Shown: positions 11,414-25,660 of the stretch, in pieces
How the letters are laid out: each line of letters starts with the position of its first letter
Position numbering within the stretch: the first letter of the stretch is position 1
Source of the DNA: Eledone cirrhosa
Lineage: Eukaryota
Direction: 5' to 3'
Length of the DNA: 64,000 bases
Assembly (NCBI GenBank): GCA_964016885.1
Contig: OZ024740.1
Span: forward strand, 57,040,001-57,104,000
Translations under genes and position numbers: made by a program
The notes under the pieces: generated by a model
The model's database searches: none
What the model saw: only the letters and a program-made list of their open reading frames with translations
Told to the model about the DNA's origin: nothing

Positions 11414-14400
11414 CCAAGTTACCAGCAATACAGTAAACACCAAATAACTAGCAGTATATCAGACCCCAAGTAACCAGCAATACAGTAAACACCAAATAAC
11501 TAGCAGTATATCAGTCCCCAATTAACCAGAAATACAGTAAACACCAAATAACTAGCAGTATATCAGACCCCAATTAACCATCAATACAGTAAACACCAAA
11601 TAACTAGCAGTATATCAGACCCCAAGTAACCAGCAATACAGTAAACACCAAATAACTAGCAGTATATCAGACCCCAAGTAACCAGCAATACAGTAAACAC
11701 CAAATAACTAGCAGTATATCAGACTCCAAGTAACCAGCAATACAGTAAACACCAAATAACTAGCAGTATATCAGACCCCAAGTAACCAGCAATACAGTAA
11801 ACACCAAATAACTAGCAGTATATCAGACCCCAATTAACCAGAAATACAGTAAACACCAAATAACTAGCAGTATATCAGACACCAAGTTACCAGTAATACA
11901 GTAAACACAAAATAACTAGCAGTATATCAGACCCCAAGTAACCAGCAATACAGTAAACACAAAATAACTAGCAGTATATCAGACCCCAAGTAACCAGCAA
12001 TACAGTAAACACCAAATAATTAGCAGTATATCAGACACCAAGTTACCAGTAATACAGTAAACACAAAATAACTAGCAGTATATCAGACCCCAAGTAACCA
12101 GCAATACAGTAAACACAAAATAACTAGCAGTATATCAGACCCCAAGTAACCAGCAATACAGTAAACACCAAATAACTAGCAGTATATCAGACCCCAAGTA
12201 ACCAGCAATACAGTAAACACCAAATAACTAGCAGTATATCAGACCCCAAGTAACCAGCAATACAGTAAACACCAAATAACTAGCAGTATATCAGACCCCA
12301 ATTAACCAGAAATACAGTAAACACCAAATAACTAGCAGTATATCAGACACCAAGTTACCAGTAATACAGTAAACACAAAATAACTAGCAGTATATCAGAC
12401 CCCAAGTAACCAGCAATACAGTAAACACCAAATAACTAGCAGTATATCAGACACCAAGTTACCAGTAATACAGTAAACACAAAATAACTAGCAGTATATC
12501 AGACACCAAGTTACCAGTAATACAGTAAACACAAAATAACTAGCAGTATATCAGACCCCAAGTAACCAGCAATACAGTAAACACCAAATAACTAGCAGTA
12601 TATCAGACCCCAAGTTACCAGTAATACAGTAAACACAAAATAACTAGCAGTATATCAGACCCCAAGTAACCAGCAATACAGTAAACACCAAATAACTAGC
12701 AGTATATCAGACCCCAATTAACCAGAAATACAGTAAACACCAAATAACTAGCAGTATATCAGACCCCAAGTTACCAGAAATACAGTAAACACCAAATAAC
12801 TAGCAGTATATCAGACCCCAATTAACCAGAAATACAGTAAACACCAAATAACTAGCAGTATATCAGACCCCAAGTAACCAGCAATACAGTAAACACCAAA
12901 TAACTAGCAGTATATCAGACCCCAATTAACCAGAAATACAGTAAACACCAAATAACTAGCAGTATATCAGACCCCAAGTTACCAGAAATACAGTAAACAC
13001 AAAATAACTAGCAGTATATCAGACCCCAAGTAACCAGCAATACAGTAAACACCAAATAACTAGCAGTATATCAGACCCCAAGTTACCAGAAATACAGTAA
13101 ACACAAAATAACTAGCAGTATATCAGACCCCAAGTAACCAGAAATACAGTAAACACCAAATAACTAGCAGTATATCAGACCCCAAGTAACCAGCAATACA
13201 GTAAACACCAAATAACTAGCAGTATATCAGACCCCAAGTAACCAGCAATACAGTAAACACCAAATAACTAGCAGTATATCAGACCCCAAGTTACCAGAAA
13301 TACAGTAAACACAAAATAACTAGCAGTATATCAGACCCCAATTAACCAGAAATACAGTAAACACCAAATAACTAGCAGTATATCAGACCCCAAGTAACCA
13401 GCAATACAGTAAACACAAAATAACTAGCAGTATATCAGACTCCAAGAAACCAGCAATACAGTAATCACCAAATAACTAGCAGTATATCAGACACCAAGTT
13501 ACCAGCAATACAGTAAACACCAAATAACTAGCAGTATATCAGACACCAAGTTACCAGAAATACAGTAAACACCAAATAACTAGCAGTATATCAGACCCCA
13601 AGTTACCAGAAATACAGTAAACACAAAATAACTAGCAGTATATCAGACCCCAAGTTACCAGAAATACAGTAAACACCAAATAACTAGCAGTATATCAGAC
13701 CCCAAGTTACCAGAAATACAGTAAACACAAAATAACTAGCAGTATATCAGACCCCAAGTAACCAGCAATACAGTAAACACCAAATAACTAGCAGTATATC
13801 AGACCCCAAGTTACCAGCAATACAGTAAACACCAAATAACTAGCAGTATATCAGACACCAAGTTACCAGAAATACAGTAAACACCAAATAACTAGCAGTA
13901 TATCAGACCCCAAGTAACCAGCAATACAGTAAACACCAAATAACTAGCAGTATATCAGACCCCAAGTAACCAGCAATACAGTAAACACCAAATAACTAGC
14001 AGTATATCAGACCCCAAGTTACCAGAAATACAGTAAACACCAAATAACTAGCAGTATATCAGACACCAAGTTACCAGAAATACAGTAAACACCAAATAAC
14101 TAGCAGTATATCAGACCCCAAGTAACCAGCAATACAGTAAACACCAAATAACTAGCAGTATATCAGACCCCAAGTAACCAGCAATACAGTAAACACCAAA
14201 TAACTAGCAGTATATCAGACCCCAAGTAACCAGCAATACAGTAAACACCAAATAACTAGCAGTATATCAGACCCCAAGTTACCAGAAATACAGTAAACAC
14301 AAAATAACTAGCAGTATATCAGACCCCAAGTAACCAGCAATACAGTAAACACCAAATAACTAGCAGTATATCAGACCCCAAGTAACCAGCAATACAGTAA

Positions 14401-15383
14401 ACACCAAATAACTAGCAGTATATCAGACCCCAAGTTACCAGCAATACAGTAAACACCAAATAACTAGCAGTATATCAGACACCAAGTTACCAGAAATACA
14501 GTAAACACCAAATAACTAGCAGTATATCAGACCCCAAGTTACCAGAAATACAGTAAACACAAAATAACTAGCAGTATATCAGACCCCAAGTTACCAGAAA
14601 TACAGTAAACACCAAATAACTAGCAGTATATCAGACCCCAAGTTACCAGAAATACAGTAAACACAAAATAACTAGCAGTATATCAGACCCCAAGTAACCA
14701 GCAATACAGTAAACACCAAATAACTAGCAGTATATCAGACCCCAAGTTACCAGCAATACAGTAAACACCAAATAACTAGCAGTATATCAGACACCAAGTT
14801 ACCAGAAATACAGTAAACACCAAATAACTAGCAGTATATCAGACCCCAAGTAACCAGCAATACAGTAAACACCAAATAACTAGCAGTATATCAGACCCCA
14901 AGTAACCAGCAATACAGTAAACACCAAATAACTAGCAGTATATCAGACCCCAAGTTACCAGAAATACAGTAAACACCAAATAACTAGCAGTATATCAGAC
15001 ACCAAGTTACCAGAAATACAGTAAACACCAAATAACTAGCAGTATATCAGACCCCAAGTAACCAGCAATACAGTAAACACCAAATAACTAGCAGTATATC
15101 AGACCCCAAGTAACCAGCAATACAGTAAACACCAAATAACTAGCAGTATATCAGACCCCAAGTAACCAGCAATACAGTAAACACCAAATAACTAGCAGTA
15201 TATCAGACCCCAAGTTACCAGAAATACAGTAAACACAAAATAACTAGCAGTATATCAGACCCCAAGTAACCAGCAATACAGTAAACACCAAATAACTAGC
15301 AGTATATCAGACCCCAATTAACCAGCAATACAGTAAACACCAAATAACTAGCAGTATATCAGACCCCAAGTAACCAGAAATAC
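11414..15383. repeat. 52-bp satellite A (~76 units)
   Basis: Unit CCAAGTAACCAGCAATACAGTAAACA+CCAAATAACTAGCAGTATATCAGACC. Confidence 0.98.
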
Positions 15384-15505
15384 TACAGGCCTCAATTAAC
15401 CAACAAAATACCGTGCCCCAAATAACCAGCAGTATAAAAGTCCCAAACAACCAGCGATGCAACAGGCACCAAATAACTAATAATTCAAAAGATCCCCAAA
15501 ACCAG

Positions 15506-18500
15506 CCCCATATAACTAGCAATACAGCTGGCTCCAAGCAACCACCAATGCAACAAGCCCCATATAACTGGCAATACAGCTGGCTCCAAGCAACCACCAA
15601 TGCAACAAACCCCATATAACTGGCAATACAGCTGGCTCCAAGCAACCACCAATGCAACAAACCCCATATAACTGGCAATACAGCTGGCTCCAAGCAACCA
15701 CCAATGCAACAAACCCCATATAACTGGCAATACAGCTGGCTCCAAGCAACCACCAATGCAACAAGCCCCATATAACTGGCAATACAGCTGGCTCCAAGCA
15801 ACCACCAATGCAACAAACCCCATATAACTGGCAATACAGCTGGCTCCAAGCAACCACCAATGCAACAAACCCCATATAACTGGCAATACAGCTGGCTCCA
15901 AGCAACCACCAATGCAACAAACCCCATATAACTGGCAATACAGCTGGCTCCAAGCAACCACCAATGCAACAAACCCCATATAACTGGCAATACAGCTGGC
16001 TCCAAGCAACCACCAATGCAACAAACCCCATATAACTGGCAATACAGCTGGCTCCAAGCAACCACCAATGCAACAAACCCCATATAACTAGCAATACAGC
16101 TGGCTCCAAGCAACCACCAATGCAACAAACCCCATATAACTGGCAATACAGCTGGCTCCAAGCAACCACCAATGCAACAAACCCCATATAACTGGCAATA
16201 CAGCTGGCTCCAAGCAACCACCAATGCAACAAACCCCATATAACTGGCAATACAGCTGGCTCCAAGCAACCACCAATGCAACAAACCCCATATAACTAGC
16301 AATACAGCTGGCTCCAAGCAACCACCAATGCAACAAACCCCATATAACTGGCAATACAGCTGGCTCCAAGCAACCACCAATGCAAGAAACCCCATATAAC
16401 TAGCAATACAGCTGGCTCCAAGCAACCACCAATGCAACAAACCCCATATAACTGGCAATACAGCTGGCTCCAAGCAACCACCAATGCAACAAACCCCATA
16501 TAACTAGCAATACAGCTGGCTCCAAGCAACCACCAATGCAACAAGCCCCATATAACTGGCAATACAGCTGGCTCCAAGCAACCACCAATGCAACAAACCC
16601 CATATAACTGGCAATACAGCTGGCTCCAAGCAACCACCAATGCAACAAACCCCATATAACTGGCAATACAGCTGGCTCCAAGCAACCACCAATGCAACAA
16701 ACCCCATATAACTGGCAATACAGCTGGCTCCAAGCAACCACCAATGCAACAAGCCCCATATAACTGGCAATACAGCTGGCTCCAAGCAACCACCAATGCA
16801 ACAAACCCCATATAACTGGCAATACAGCTGGCTCCAAGCAACCACCAATGCAACAAACCCCATATAACTGGCAATACAGCTGGCTCCAAGCAACCACCAA
16901 TGCAACAAACCCCATATAACTAGCAATACAGCTGGCTCCAAGCAACCACCAATGCAACAAACCCCATATAACTGGCAATACAGCTGGCTCCAAGCAACCA
17001 CCAATGCAACAAGCCCCATATAACTGGCAATACAGCTGGCTCCAAGCAACCACCAATGCAACAAACCCCATATAACTGGCAATACAGCTGGCTCCAAGCA
17101 ACCACCAATGCAACAAACCCCATATAACTGGCAATACAGCTGGCTCCAAGCAACCACCAATGCAACAAACCCCATATAACTAGCAATACAGCTGGCTCCA
17201 AGCAACCACCAATGCAACAAACCCCATATAACTGGCAATACAGCTGGCTCCAAGCAACCACCAATGCAACAAGCCCCATATAACTACTGGCAATACAGCT
17301 GGCTCCAAGCAACCACCAATGCAACAAACCCCATATAACTGGCAATACAGCTGGCTCCAAGCAACCACCAATGCAACAAGCCCCATATAACTGGCAATAC
17401 AGCTGGCTCCAAGCAACCACCAATGCAACAAACCCCATATAACTGGCAATACAGCTGGCTCCAAGCAACCACCAATGCAACAAGCCCCATATAACTGGCA
17501 ATACAGCTGGCTCCAAGCAACCACCAATGCAACAAACCCCATATAACTGGCAATACAGCTGGCTCCAAGCAACCACCAATGCAACAAACCCCATATAACT
17601 AGCAATACAGCTGGCTCCAAGCAACCACCAATGCAACAAACCCCATATAACTGGCAATACAGCTGGCTCCAAGCAACCACCAATGCAACAAGCCCCATAT
17701 AACTGGCAATACAGCTGGCTCCAAGCAACCACCAATGCAACAAACCCCATATAACTGGCAATACAGCTGGCTCCAAGCAACCACCAATGCAACAAGCCCC
17801 ATATAACTGGCAATACAGCTGGCTCCAAGCAACCACCAATGCAACAAACCCCATATAACTGGCAATACAGCTGGCTCCAAGCAACCACCAATGCAACAAA
17901 CCCCATATAACTGGCAATACAGCTGGCTCCAAGCAACCACCAATGCAACAAACCCCATATAACTGGCAATACAGCTGGCTCCAAGCAACCACCAATGCAA
18001 CAAGCCCCATATAACTGGCAATACAGCTGGCTCCAAGCAACCACCAATGCAACAAACCCCATATAACTGGCAATACAGCTGGCTCCAAGCAACCACCAAT
18101 GCAACAAACCCCATATAACTGGCAATACAGCTGGCTCCAAGCAACCACCAATGCAACAAGCCCCATATAACTGGCAATACAGCTGGCTCCAAGCAACCAC
18201 CAATGCAACAAACCCCATATAACTGGCAATACAGCTGGCTCCAAGCAACCACCAATGCAACAAACCCCATATAACTGGCAATACAGCTGGCTCCAAGCAA
18301 CCACCAATGCAACAAACCCCATATAACTGGCAATACAGCTGGCTCCAAGCAACCACCAATGCAACAAACCCCATATAACTAGCAATACAGCTGGCTCCAA
18401 GCAACCACCAATGCAACAAACCCCATATAACTGGCAATACAGCTGGCTCCAAGCAACCACCAATGCAAGAAACCCCATATAACTGGCAATACAGCTGGCT

Positions 18501-21500
18501 CCAAGCAACCACCAATGCAACAAACCCCATATAACTGGCAATACAGCTGGCTCCAAGCAACCACCAATGCAACAAACCCCATATAACTAGCAATACAGCT
18601 GGCTCCAAGCAACCACCAATGCAACAAACCCCATATAACTGGCAATACAGCTGGCTCCAAGCAACCACCAATGCAACAAACCCCATATAACTAGCAATAC
18701 AGCTGGCTCCAAGCAACCACCAATGCAACAAACCCCATATAACTGGCAATACAGCTGGCTCCAAGCAACCACCAATGCAACAAACCCCATATAACTAGCA
18801 ATACAGCTGGCTCCAAGCAACCACCAATGCAACAAGCCCCATATAACTGGCAATACAGCTGGCTCCAAGCAACCACCAATGCAACAAACCCCATATAACT
18901 GGCAATACAGCTGGCTCCAAGCAACCACCAATGCAACAAACCCCATATAACTGGCAATACAGCTGGCTCCAAGCAACCACCAATGCAACAAACCCCATAT
19001 AACTGGCAATACAGCTGGCTCCAAGCAACCACCAATGCAACAAGCCCCATATAACTGGCAATACAGCTGGCTCCAAGCAACCACCAATGCAACAAACCCC
19101 ATATAACTGGCAATACAGCTGGCTCCAAGCAACCACCAATGCAACAAACCCCATATAACTGGCAATACAGCTGGCTCCAAGCAACCACCAATGCAACAAA
19201 CCCCATATAACTAGCAATACAGCTGGCTCCAAGCAACCACCAATGCAACAAACCCCATATAACTGGCAATACAGCTGGCTCCAAGCAACCACCAATGCAA
19301 CAAGCCCCATATAACTGGCAATACAGCTGGCTCCAAGCAACCACCAATGCAACAAACCCCATATAACTGGCAATACAGCTGGCTCCAAGCAACCACCAAT
19401 GCAACAAACCCCATATAACTGGCAATACAGCTGGCTCCAAGCAACCACCAATGCAACAAACCCCATATAACTAGCAATACAGCTGGCTCCAAGCAACCAC
19501 CAATGCAACAAACCCCATATAACTGGCAATACAGCTGGCTCCAAGCAACCACCAATGCAACAAGCCCCATATAACTACTGGCAATACAGCTGGCTCCAAG
19601 CAACCACCAATGCAACAAACCCCATATAACTGGCAATACAGCTGGCTCCAAGCAACCACCAATGCAACAAGCCCCATATAACTGGCAATACAGCTGGCTC
19701 CAAGCAACCACCAATGCAACAAACCCCATATAACTGGCAATACAGCTGGCTCCAAGCAACCACCAATGCAACAAGCCCCATATAACTGGCAATACAGCTG
19801 GCTCCAAGCAACCACCAATGCAACAAACCCCATATAACTGGCAATACAGCTGGCTCCAAGCAACCACCAATGCAACAAACCCCATATAACTAGCAATACA
19901 GCTGGCTCCAAGCAACCACCAATGCAACAAACCCCATATAACTGGCAATACAGCTGGCTCCAAGCAACCACCAATGCAACAAGCCCCATATAACTGGCAA
20001 TACAGCTGGCTCCAAGCAACCACCAATGCAACAAACCCCATATAACTGGCAATACAGCTGGCTCCTAGCAACCACCAATGCAACAAGCCCCATATAACTG
20101 GCAATACAGCTGGCTCCAAGCAACCACCAATGCAACAAACCCCATATAACTGGCAATACAGCTGGCTCCAAGCAACCACCAATGCAACAAACCCCATATA
20201 ACTGGCAATACAGCTGGCTCCAAGCAACCACCAATGCAACAAACCCCATATAACTGGCAATACAGCTGGCTCCAAGCAACCACCAATGCAACAAGCCCCA
20301 TATAACTGGCAATACAGCTGGCTCCAAGCAACCACCAATGCAACAAACCCCATATAACTGGCAATACAGCTGGCTCCAAGCAACCACCAATGCAACAAAC
20401 CCCATATAACTGGCAATACAGCTGGCTCCAAGCAACCACCAATGCAACAAGCCCCATATAACTGGCAATACAGCTGGCTCCAAGCAACCACCAATGCAAC
20501 AAACCCCATATAACTGGCAATACAGCTGGCTCCAAGCAACCACCAATGCAACAAACCCCATATAACTGGCAATACAGCTGGCTCCAAGCAACCACCAATG
20601 CAACAAACCCCATATAACTGGCAATACAGCTGGCTCCAAGCAACCACCAATGCAACAAGCCCCATATAACTGGCAATACAGCTGGCTCCAAGCAACCACC
20701 AATGCAACAAACCCCATATAACTGGCAATACAGCTGGCTCCAAGCAACCACCAATGCAACAAACCCCATATAACTGGCAATACAGCTGGCTCCAAGCAAC
20801 CACCAATGCAACAAACCCCATATAACTGGCAATACAGCTGGCTCCAAGCAACCACCAATGCAACAAGCCCCATATAACTGGCAATACAGCTGGCTCCAAG
20901 CAACCACCAATGCAACAAACCCCATATAACTGGCAATACAGCTGGCTCCAAGCAACCACCAATGCAACAAGCCCCATATAACTGGCAATACAGCTGGCTC
21001 CAAGCAACCACCAATGCAACAAACCCCATATAACTGGCAATACAGCTGGCTCCAAGCAACCACCAATGCAACAAACCCCATATAACTGGCAATACAGCTG
21101 GCTCCAAGCAACCACCAATGCAACAAACCCCATATAACTAGCAATACAGCTGGCTCCAAGCAACCACCAATGCAACAAACCCCATATAACTGGCAATACA
21201 GCTGGCTCCAAGCAACCACCAATGCAACAAGCCCCATATAACTGGCAATACAGCTGGCTCCAAGCAACCACCAATGCAACAAACCCCATATAACTGGCAA
21301 TACAGCTGGCTCCAAGCAACCACCAATGCAACAAGCCCCATATAACTGGCAATACAGCTGGCTCCAAGCAACCACCAATGCAACAAACCCCATATAACTG
21401 GCAATACAGCTGGCTCCAAGCAACCACCAATGCAACAAGCCCCATATAGCTGGCAATACAGCTGGCTCCAAGCAACCACCAATGCAACAAACCCCATATA

Positions 21501-21727
21501 ACTGGCAATACAGCTGGCTCCAAGCAACCACCAATGCAACAAACCCCATATAACTGGCAATACAGCTGGCTCCAAGCAACCACCAATGCAACAAACCCCA
21601 TATAACTAGCAATACAGCTGGCTCCAAGCAACCACCAATACAACAAACCCCATATAACTGGCAATACAGCTGGCTCCAAGCAACCACCAATGCAACAAAC
21701 CCCATATAACTGGCAATACAGCTGGCT
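15506..21727. repeat. 52-bp satellite B (~120 units)
   Basis: Unit CCATATAACTGGCAATACAGCTGGCT+CCAAGCAACCACCAATGCAACAAACC. Confidence 0.98.
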
Positions 21728-22074
21728 ACTTATTTTTTTTTCTTTTCGCTGTAGTATATGCAGAAAAGAATGTAAATCCTAGACATGGCTAAAAAGTTAT
21801 ATTCGATCCACCCATGTGGGGGAAAAAAGATCAAGTGATCTTATTTATGTACTAAACTGAGTTAGACAAAAAGTTAGTATGGAAAATCTCGCGTTTTCCT
21901 CATGGAAACCTTTATAGGAAAATTTGTTTAATCTATACCAGTAATTTACTGGTGCTTATTTTATCCTCTCCAGGATGTTAGAATAGCTCTCTACTCCAAT
22001 TTCACCATAGTGGACTTTTTCATAGATAATGAACTGGTGTATATACTGAAAATAAAAATATCTCTCGCTTCTTG

Positions 22075-22141
22075 TATATCAAAATAACTTTCCGTATATT
22101 CAAAATAACTTTCCGTATATTCAGAATAACTTTCCGTATTC
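22075..22141. repeat. 21-bp tandem repeat x3
   Basis: TATATTCAAAATAACTTTCCG repeated with minor variation. Confidence 0.85.
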
Positions 22142-22253
22142 ATCTGCAAACGATTCAATATAATTTAGCTTATTGCTATATGCATTACAACGTTCTATAT
22201 ACTAAGCTTTCATCTAAAGTTACTCTCGATGTTGTGTTTCTTGTTAGTGTTCA

Positions 22254-22522
22254 TTGTTGCTGTTGATGCTACTGCTATCGCTACTACTGCTGTTGATGCT
22301 GCTGGGGATGCTGTTGCTGTTGCTGCTGTCGATGCTACTGTTGTCGATGCTACTGCTGTCGTTGCTGTTGCTGACATTATTGCTGCCATCAATGCTGTTG
22401 TTGATGTTACTGCTGCTGCTGTCGGCGCTACTGCTGTTTATGCTACTGCTGTTGATGCTACTGCTGTGGATGCTACTGCTGTCGATGCTACTGCTGTCGA
22501 TGCTACTGCTGTTGATGCTGTT
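22254..22522. repeat. degenerate 15-bp/trinucleotide minisatellite (GATGCTACTGCTGTY)
   Basis: Seen directly; gives a DATAV pseudo-ORF. Confidence 0.85.
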
Positions 22523-23147
22523 ACATTTATTGTTTCCTTATTTCTCACAGATCTCGCCTGTTACAAGAAAACCAATTTTCAAACAGTTGTTATATTTTTT
22601 ACTTGTATGTTATTATTACTGTTGTTAATGTCCTTTTTGCTAGATTTGAAATGTTTGTTTTGTCGTTATCTTAATCGTTATTGTCCTTCTTTCCATATTC
22701 TTGTCATTTTATTTTTTAGTATCATTTTGTTATTGATGTTAAAATAAATCCGAGTAAAAGTAGGATAAATTATTTCCTAAAGCATACAATTTGCAACATC
22801 GTTAAAGAACTATCTATTTAATAGCATTTCTGAACAGACTTTTGGGCCCGTAGCTTTATCAGAAGGCATAAGACCGATAAGTAGATGCTGTAAGAAGAAT
22901 ATATCAGTAACAATCTTCCCACTCGGTAAGATGTGAAAAGCGCTGAGATAAAACGTGATGCAAGCCTTTGATATTAGTGTAATTGACGTCAAAAGTGGAT
23001 GGAGCTGAAGTAACATCACATAAAAACTGATTTCTTCTTCTCTTTACAAGCTGCTGTCTCCGTAAATCCGCAGCATTACGATCTAACCAACGTGTGAACT
23101 GTAGTTATTAATTGGTAACATTATTCATTCATACATCACTACGATAT

Positions 23148-23470
23148 GGACACAGCATGACCGTATGGTTAAAAACTTTGCCTCGCAATTATTAGGTCCC
23201 AGATTCGATCCCTCTGTGTGGTATTGTTGTTAAGTGTCATTCACTATTACTTTGGGTTTACCTATATCTTATGAGTGAAATTGGGAAGTCGAATGAACTG
23301 TATATATAATTCCAAGGGCCTGCCGTGTCACACACTTTGTCAGGCTAAATCTCTCTGAGGATTTCGTTAAGGGTGCAAGTGTTTATAGAATACTCAGTCG
23401 CACGTTAATTCCGTGAACAGACTGTTTCGTTGGTAGAACAACTGGAACACAATTCATCGAAACCGACGGA
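23148..23470 (+). mobile_element. degraded tRNA-derived SINE (family B)
   Basis: TGACCGTATGGTTAA A-box-like, GATTCGATCCC B-box-like, followed by AAGTGTC..CTTATGAGTGAAATTGG. Confidence 0.6.
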
Positions 23471-23804
23471 GGGCCATTCCATTCCAATTATTATAAATCA
23501 TGTCATTACGTTAGAAAGAAATGAATATCATTTTAGTTTTTCTTTTTTGTTTTTTCTTTTTTACATCTAATGGTCAAGAATTTTCCCAACGTTTATAGTC
23601 ATATTCCCATACATACATGCCATCTCCTTTCTTTCTTTTTCTTTCTTTCTCGCCTACACACATATATATAAATGTATATTTGTGTGTGTGTTTGTGTATA
23701 TATATATGTGTGTGTGTGTAAAAGGTAAACAGAAATAACAACACAATCGGTACAGTATATGGAATGGATATATTAGGTTAACGCTTGATATAGCAGGAAC
23801 AGGG

Positions 23805-23840
23805 TCTTAACGTTTCGGACGCTAGCCCTTCATCAGAAGA
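23805..23840 (-). ncRNA. minimal PLE-type hammerhead ribozyme
   Basis: TCTT-CTGATGA-AGGG CTAGCG TCC-GAAACGTT-AAGA; palindromic AACGTT stem III. Confidence 0.8.
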
Positions 23841-24062
23841 AAGAATGAGAAATAAGATAGATTGACGGGACGGGCGGGTTGGAATTGGAAAAAATCTCTT
23901 TAGATAAAAATAACAGGTCCATTCATGTTGATATCTCTTGCAAAACTGTTGGTGCTGGCATTTTGTGTATGATTTATTTTTTAGAAAAGTGGATGATGGA
24001 GCGCGTCTACCTGAAATGGAAAAAAAACGTTTTGTAAAAAGAGCTATACTATGTCTCTGAAT

Positions 24063-24155
<93 letters not shown>

Positions 24156-24685
24156 AATATATATATATATATTACATCTTAGAATGGAATACATATTTTT
24201 CAATGCATTCGAAGATTTTATTGTTGTTACCAGCCTTGATTTATGATGAAAGACATGCATGTAGTAAACATGCCATCTTTTATACAGATATAGAACAACC
24301 CGAACCACAAATCTATTATGTCTTTCAATTCTTTCAAAAGGTGATATTTTATTTAACAGAGATATTGCTTTTTAAAGAATCTAGCAACAGCGCTAATTTG
24401 TCTGTATTTAATACATATAATCAACTGCACTACGGGTTTTACAAGGACGTTTTAAAAGTTTACATCTTTTATTCACAGGTGTATAAAAATATAACAATAT
24501 AATGCTTACTGAACGAAATCACGAACACATATAATATATGATTTCTAGTATAGGCACAAGGCCAGTAATTTGGAGGAGGGGAAAGTCGATTAAATCGACC
24601 CCAGTACGTTACTCTCTCTTTCTCTCTCTCATTCTCTCTTTCTTTCTCTCTCTCTGTATATATATATATATATTTATATATATAT

Positions 24686-25085
24686 GTCCCTCAAATGCTC
24701 AGCAAAACGGCCCGCCATACGACGTCGCACTTGTTCGATGTATAAAGATCCGCAAAGGGAACACCGGAGGGCATAGACAACATGGGTGGATGTGCAGGTG
24801 AAAGAGTAGCGGATACGGATATGTGTTAGGTAATTTCGAAGTAAAAGCAAAGGAAAAAAGAGTGAACTATGTATAGAACAGAGCTATTTAATTAGGGGAG
24901 TGTTAAGCTCTGAGGAATACCAACAGTATAAAACAGAGATCTGTCAGCTTATCTCCCTTTGTTTGTTTGAAAAAGAAGTAAGTGACATATTCACTACTTT
25001 AAAGGTCTTCAAAATGCTTTTAATTAAGCATACAGTGTATTACCAAATACACTATATATACATTCATGATATATTTGATATATCT
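24686..25085. mobile_element. PLE remnant: GIY-YIG fragment (-) joined to pLTR (+)
   Basis: 24686-24830 minus encodes FTCTSTHVVYALRCSLCGSLYIEQVRRRMAGRFAEHLR and matches 2070-2130; 24900-25085 is homologous to the pLTR at 1787-1955 and 43730-43910. Confidence 0.75.
24905..24950 (+). ncRNA. hammerhead motif (G12>A damaged)
   Basis: AAGCT-CTGAGGA-ATAC CAACA GTAT-AAAACAGAGATCTGTC-AGCTT. Confidence 0.6.
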
Positions 25086-25439
25086 CATATGAAATAATAC
25101 AGCCAATTTTCCACACAATACAATTAGTTAGCACCCCGAACGTTTAATTAGGAATATACTCACTTATTTCCTAATGTTTGTTGAGTGAGTTGGGATTTGG
25201 CCGGAGTATCACTAAAAGCTTCCTCCGATAATGTATTTATATATATATATATATATAATAGGATATGTGTTCCTACACGCACAAGGCGCTAAGAGACACA
25301 TGTTTAGTCCAACCATATGCCAATGAGGTTCAATGACAGGTTAATAAATTAACAAGCCAGAACATATATAATGAAGGTTTAGCAAATAAGATAAAGTTTC
25401 AAAATAAATTTTAAAAAATTAACTGTACTTACTATGGTT

Positions 25440-25523
25440 ACCTTTACCGAGTCGGTTTCGATTCTCAAAAATAAACGGAGTCCATACGGCCTTCGTTGCA
25501 AAGAAAGAATCTCGTCAGAAAGT
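25440..25523 (-). ncRNA. type I hammerhead ribozyme, intact core
   Basis: ACTTT-CTGACGA-GATTCT...AGAATC-GAAACCGA C TCGGTA-AAGGT; all three stems pair. Confidence 0.8.
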
Positions 25524-25624
25524 TATTTTCATTCGGAGAATATAAAATTCTCGAATTCAAATTACGAACTGGCGCTATTCAAAATTGTTCCCGAGATGAG
25601 AATATATATATATATATATATATA

Positions 25625-25660
<36 letters not shown>

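Noticed and set aside
15307-21705. Up to 822-aa hydrophobic Cys/Trp-rich ORFs on the minus strand of satellite B
   Set aside because: The unit is 52 bp (not a multiple of 3) and simply lacks stops. TAG variants are scattered freely in all frames, and there are no unique flanking exons or signs of codon-level selection.
11414-21727. CRISPR-like array (constant ~17 nt plus variable ~9 nt)
   Set aside because: The variable parts alternate between two fixed sequences rather than being unique spacers; there are no cas genes and the context is eukaryotic.
22229-22747. Ala/Thr/Val/Asp repeat ORF resembling an antifreeze or mucin protein
   Set aside because: It is a degenerate trinucleotide minisatellite open in several frames, with no ATG start or splice support.
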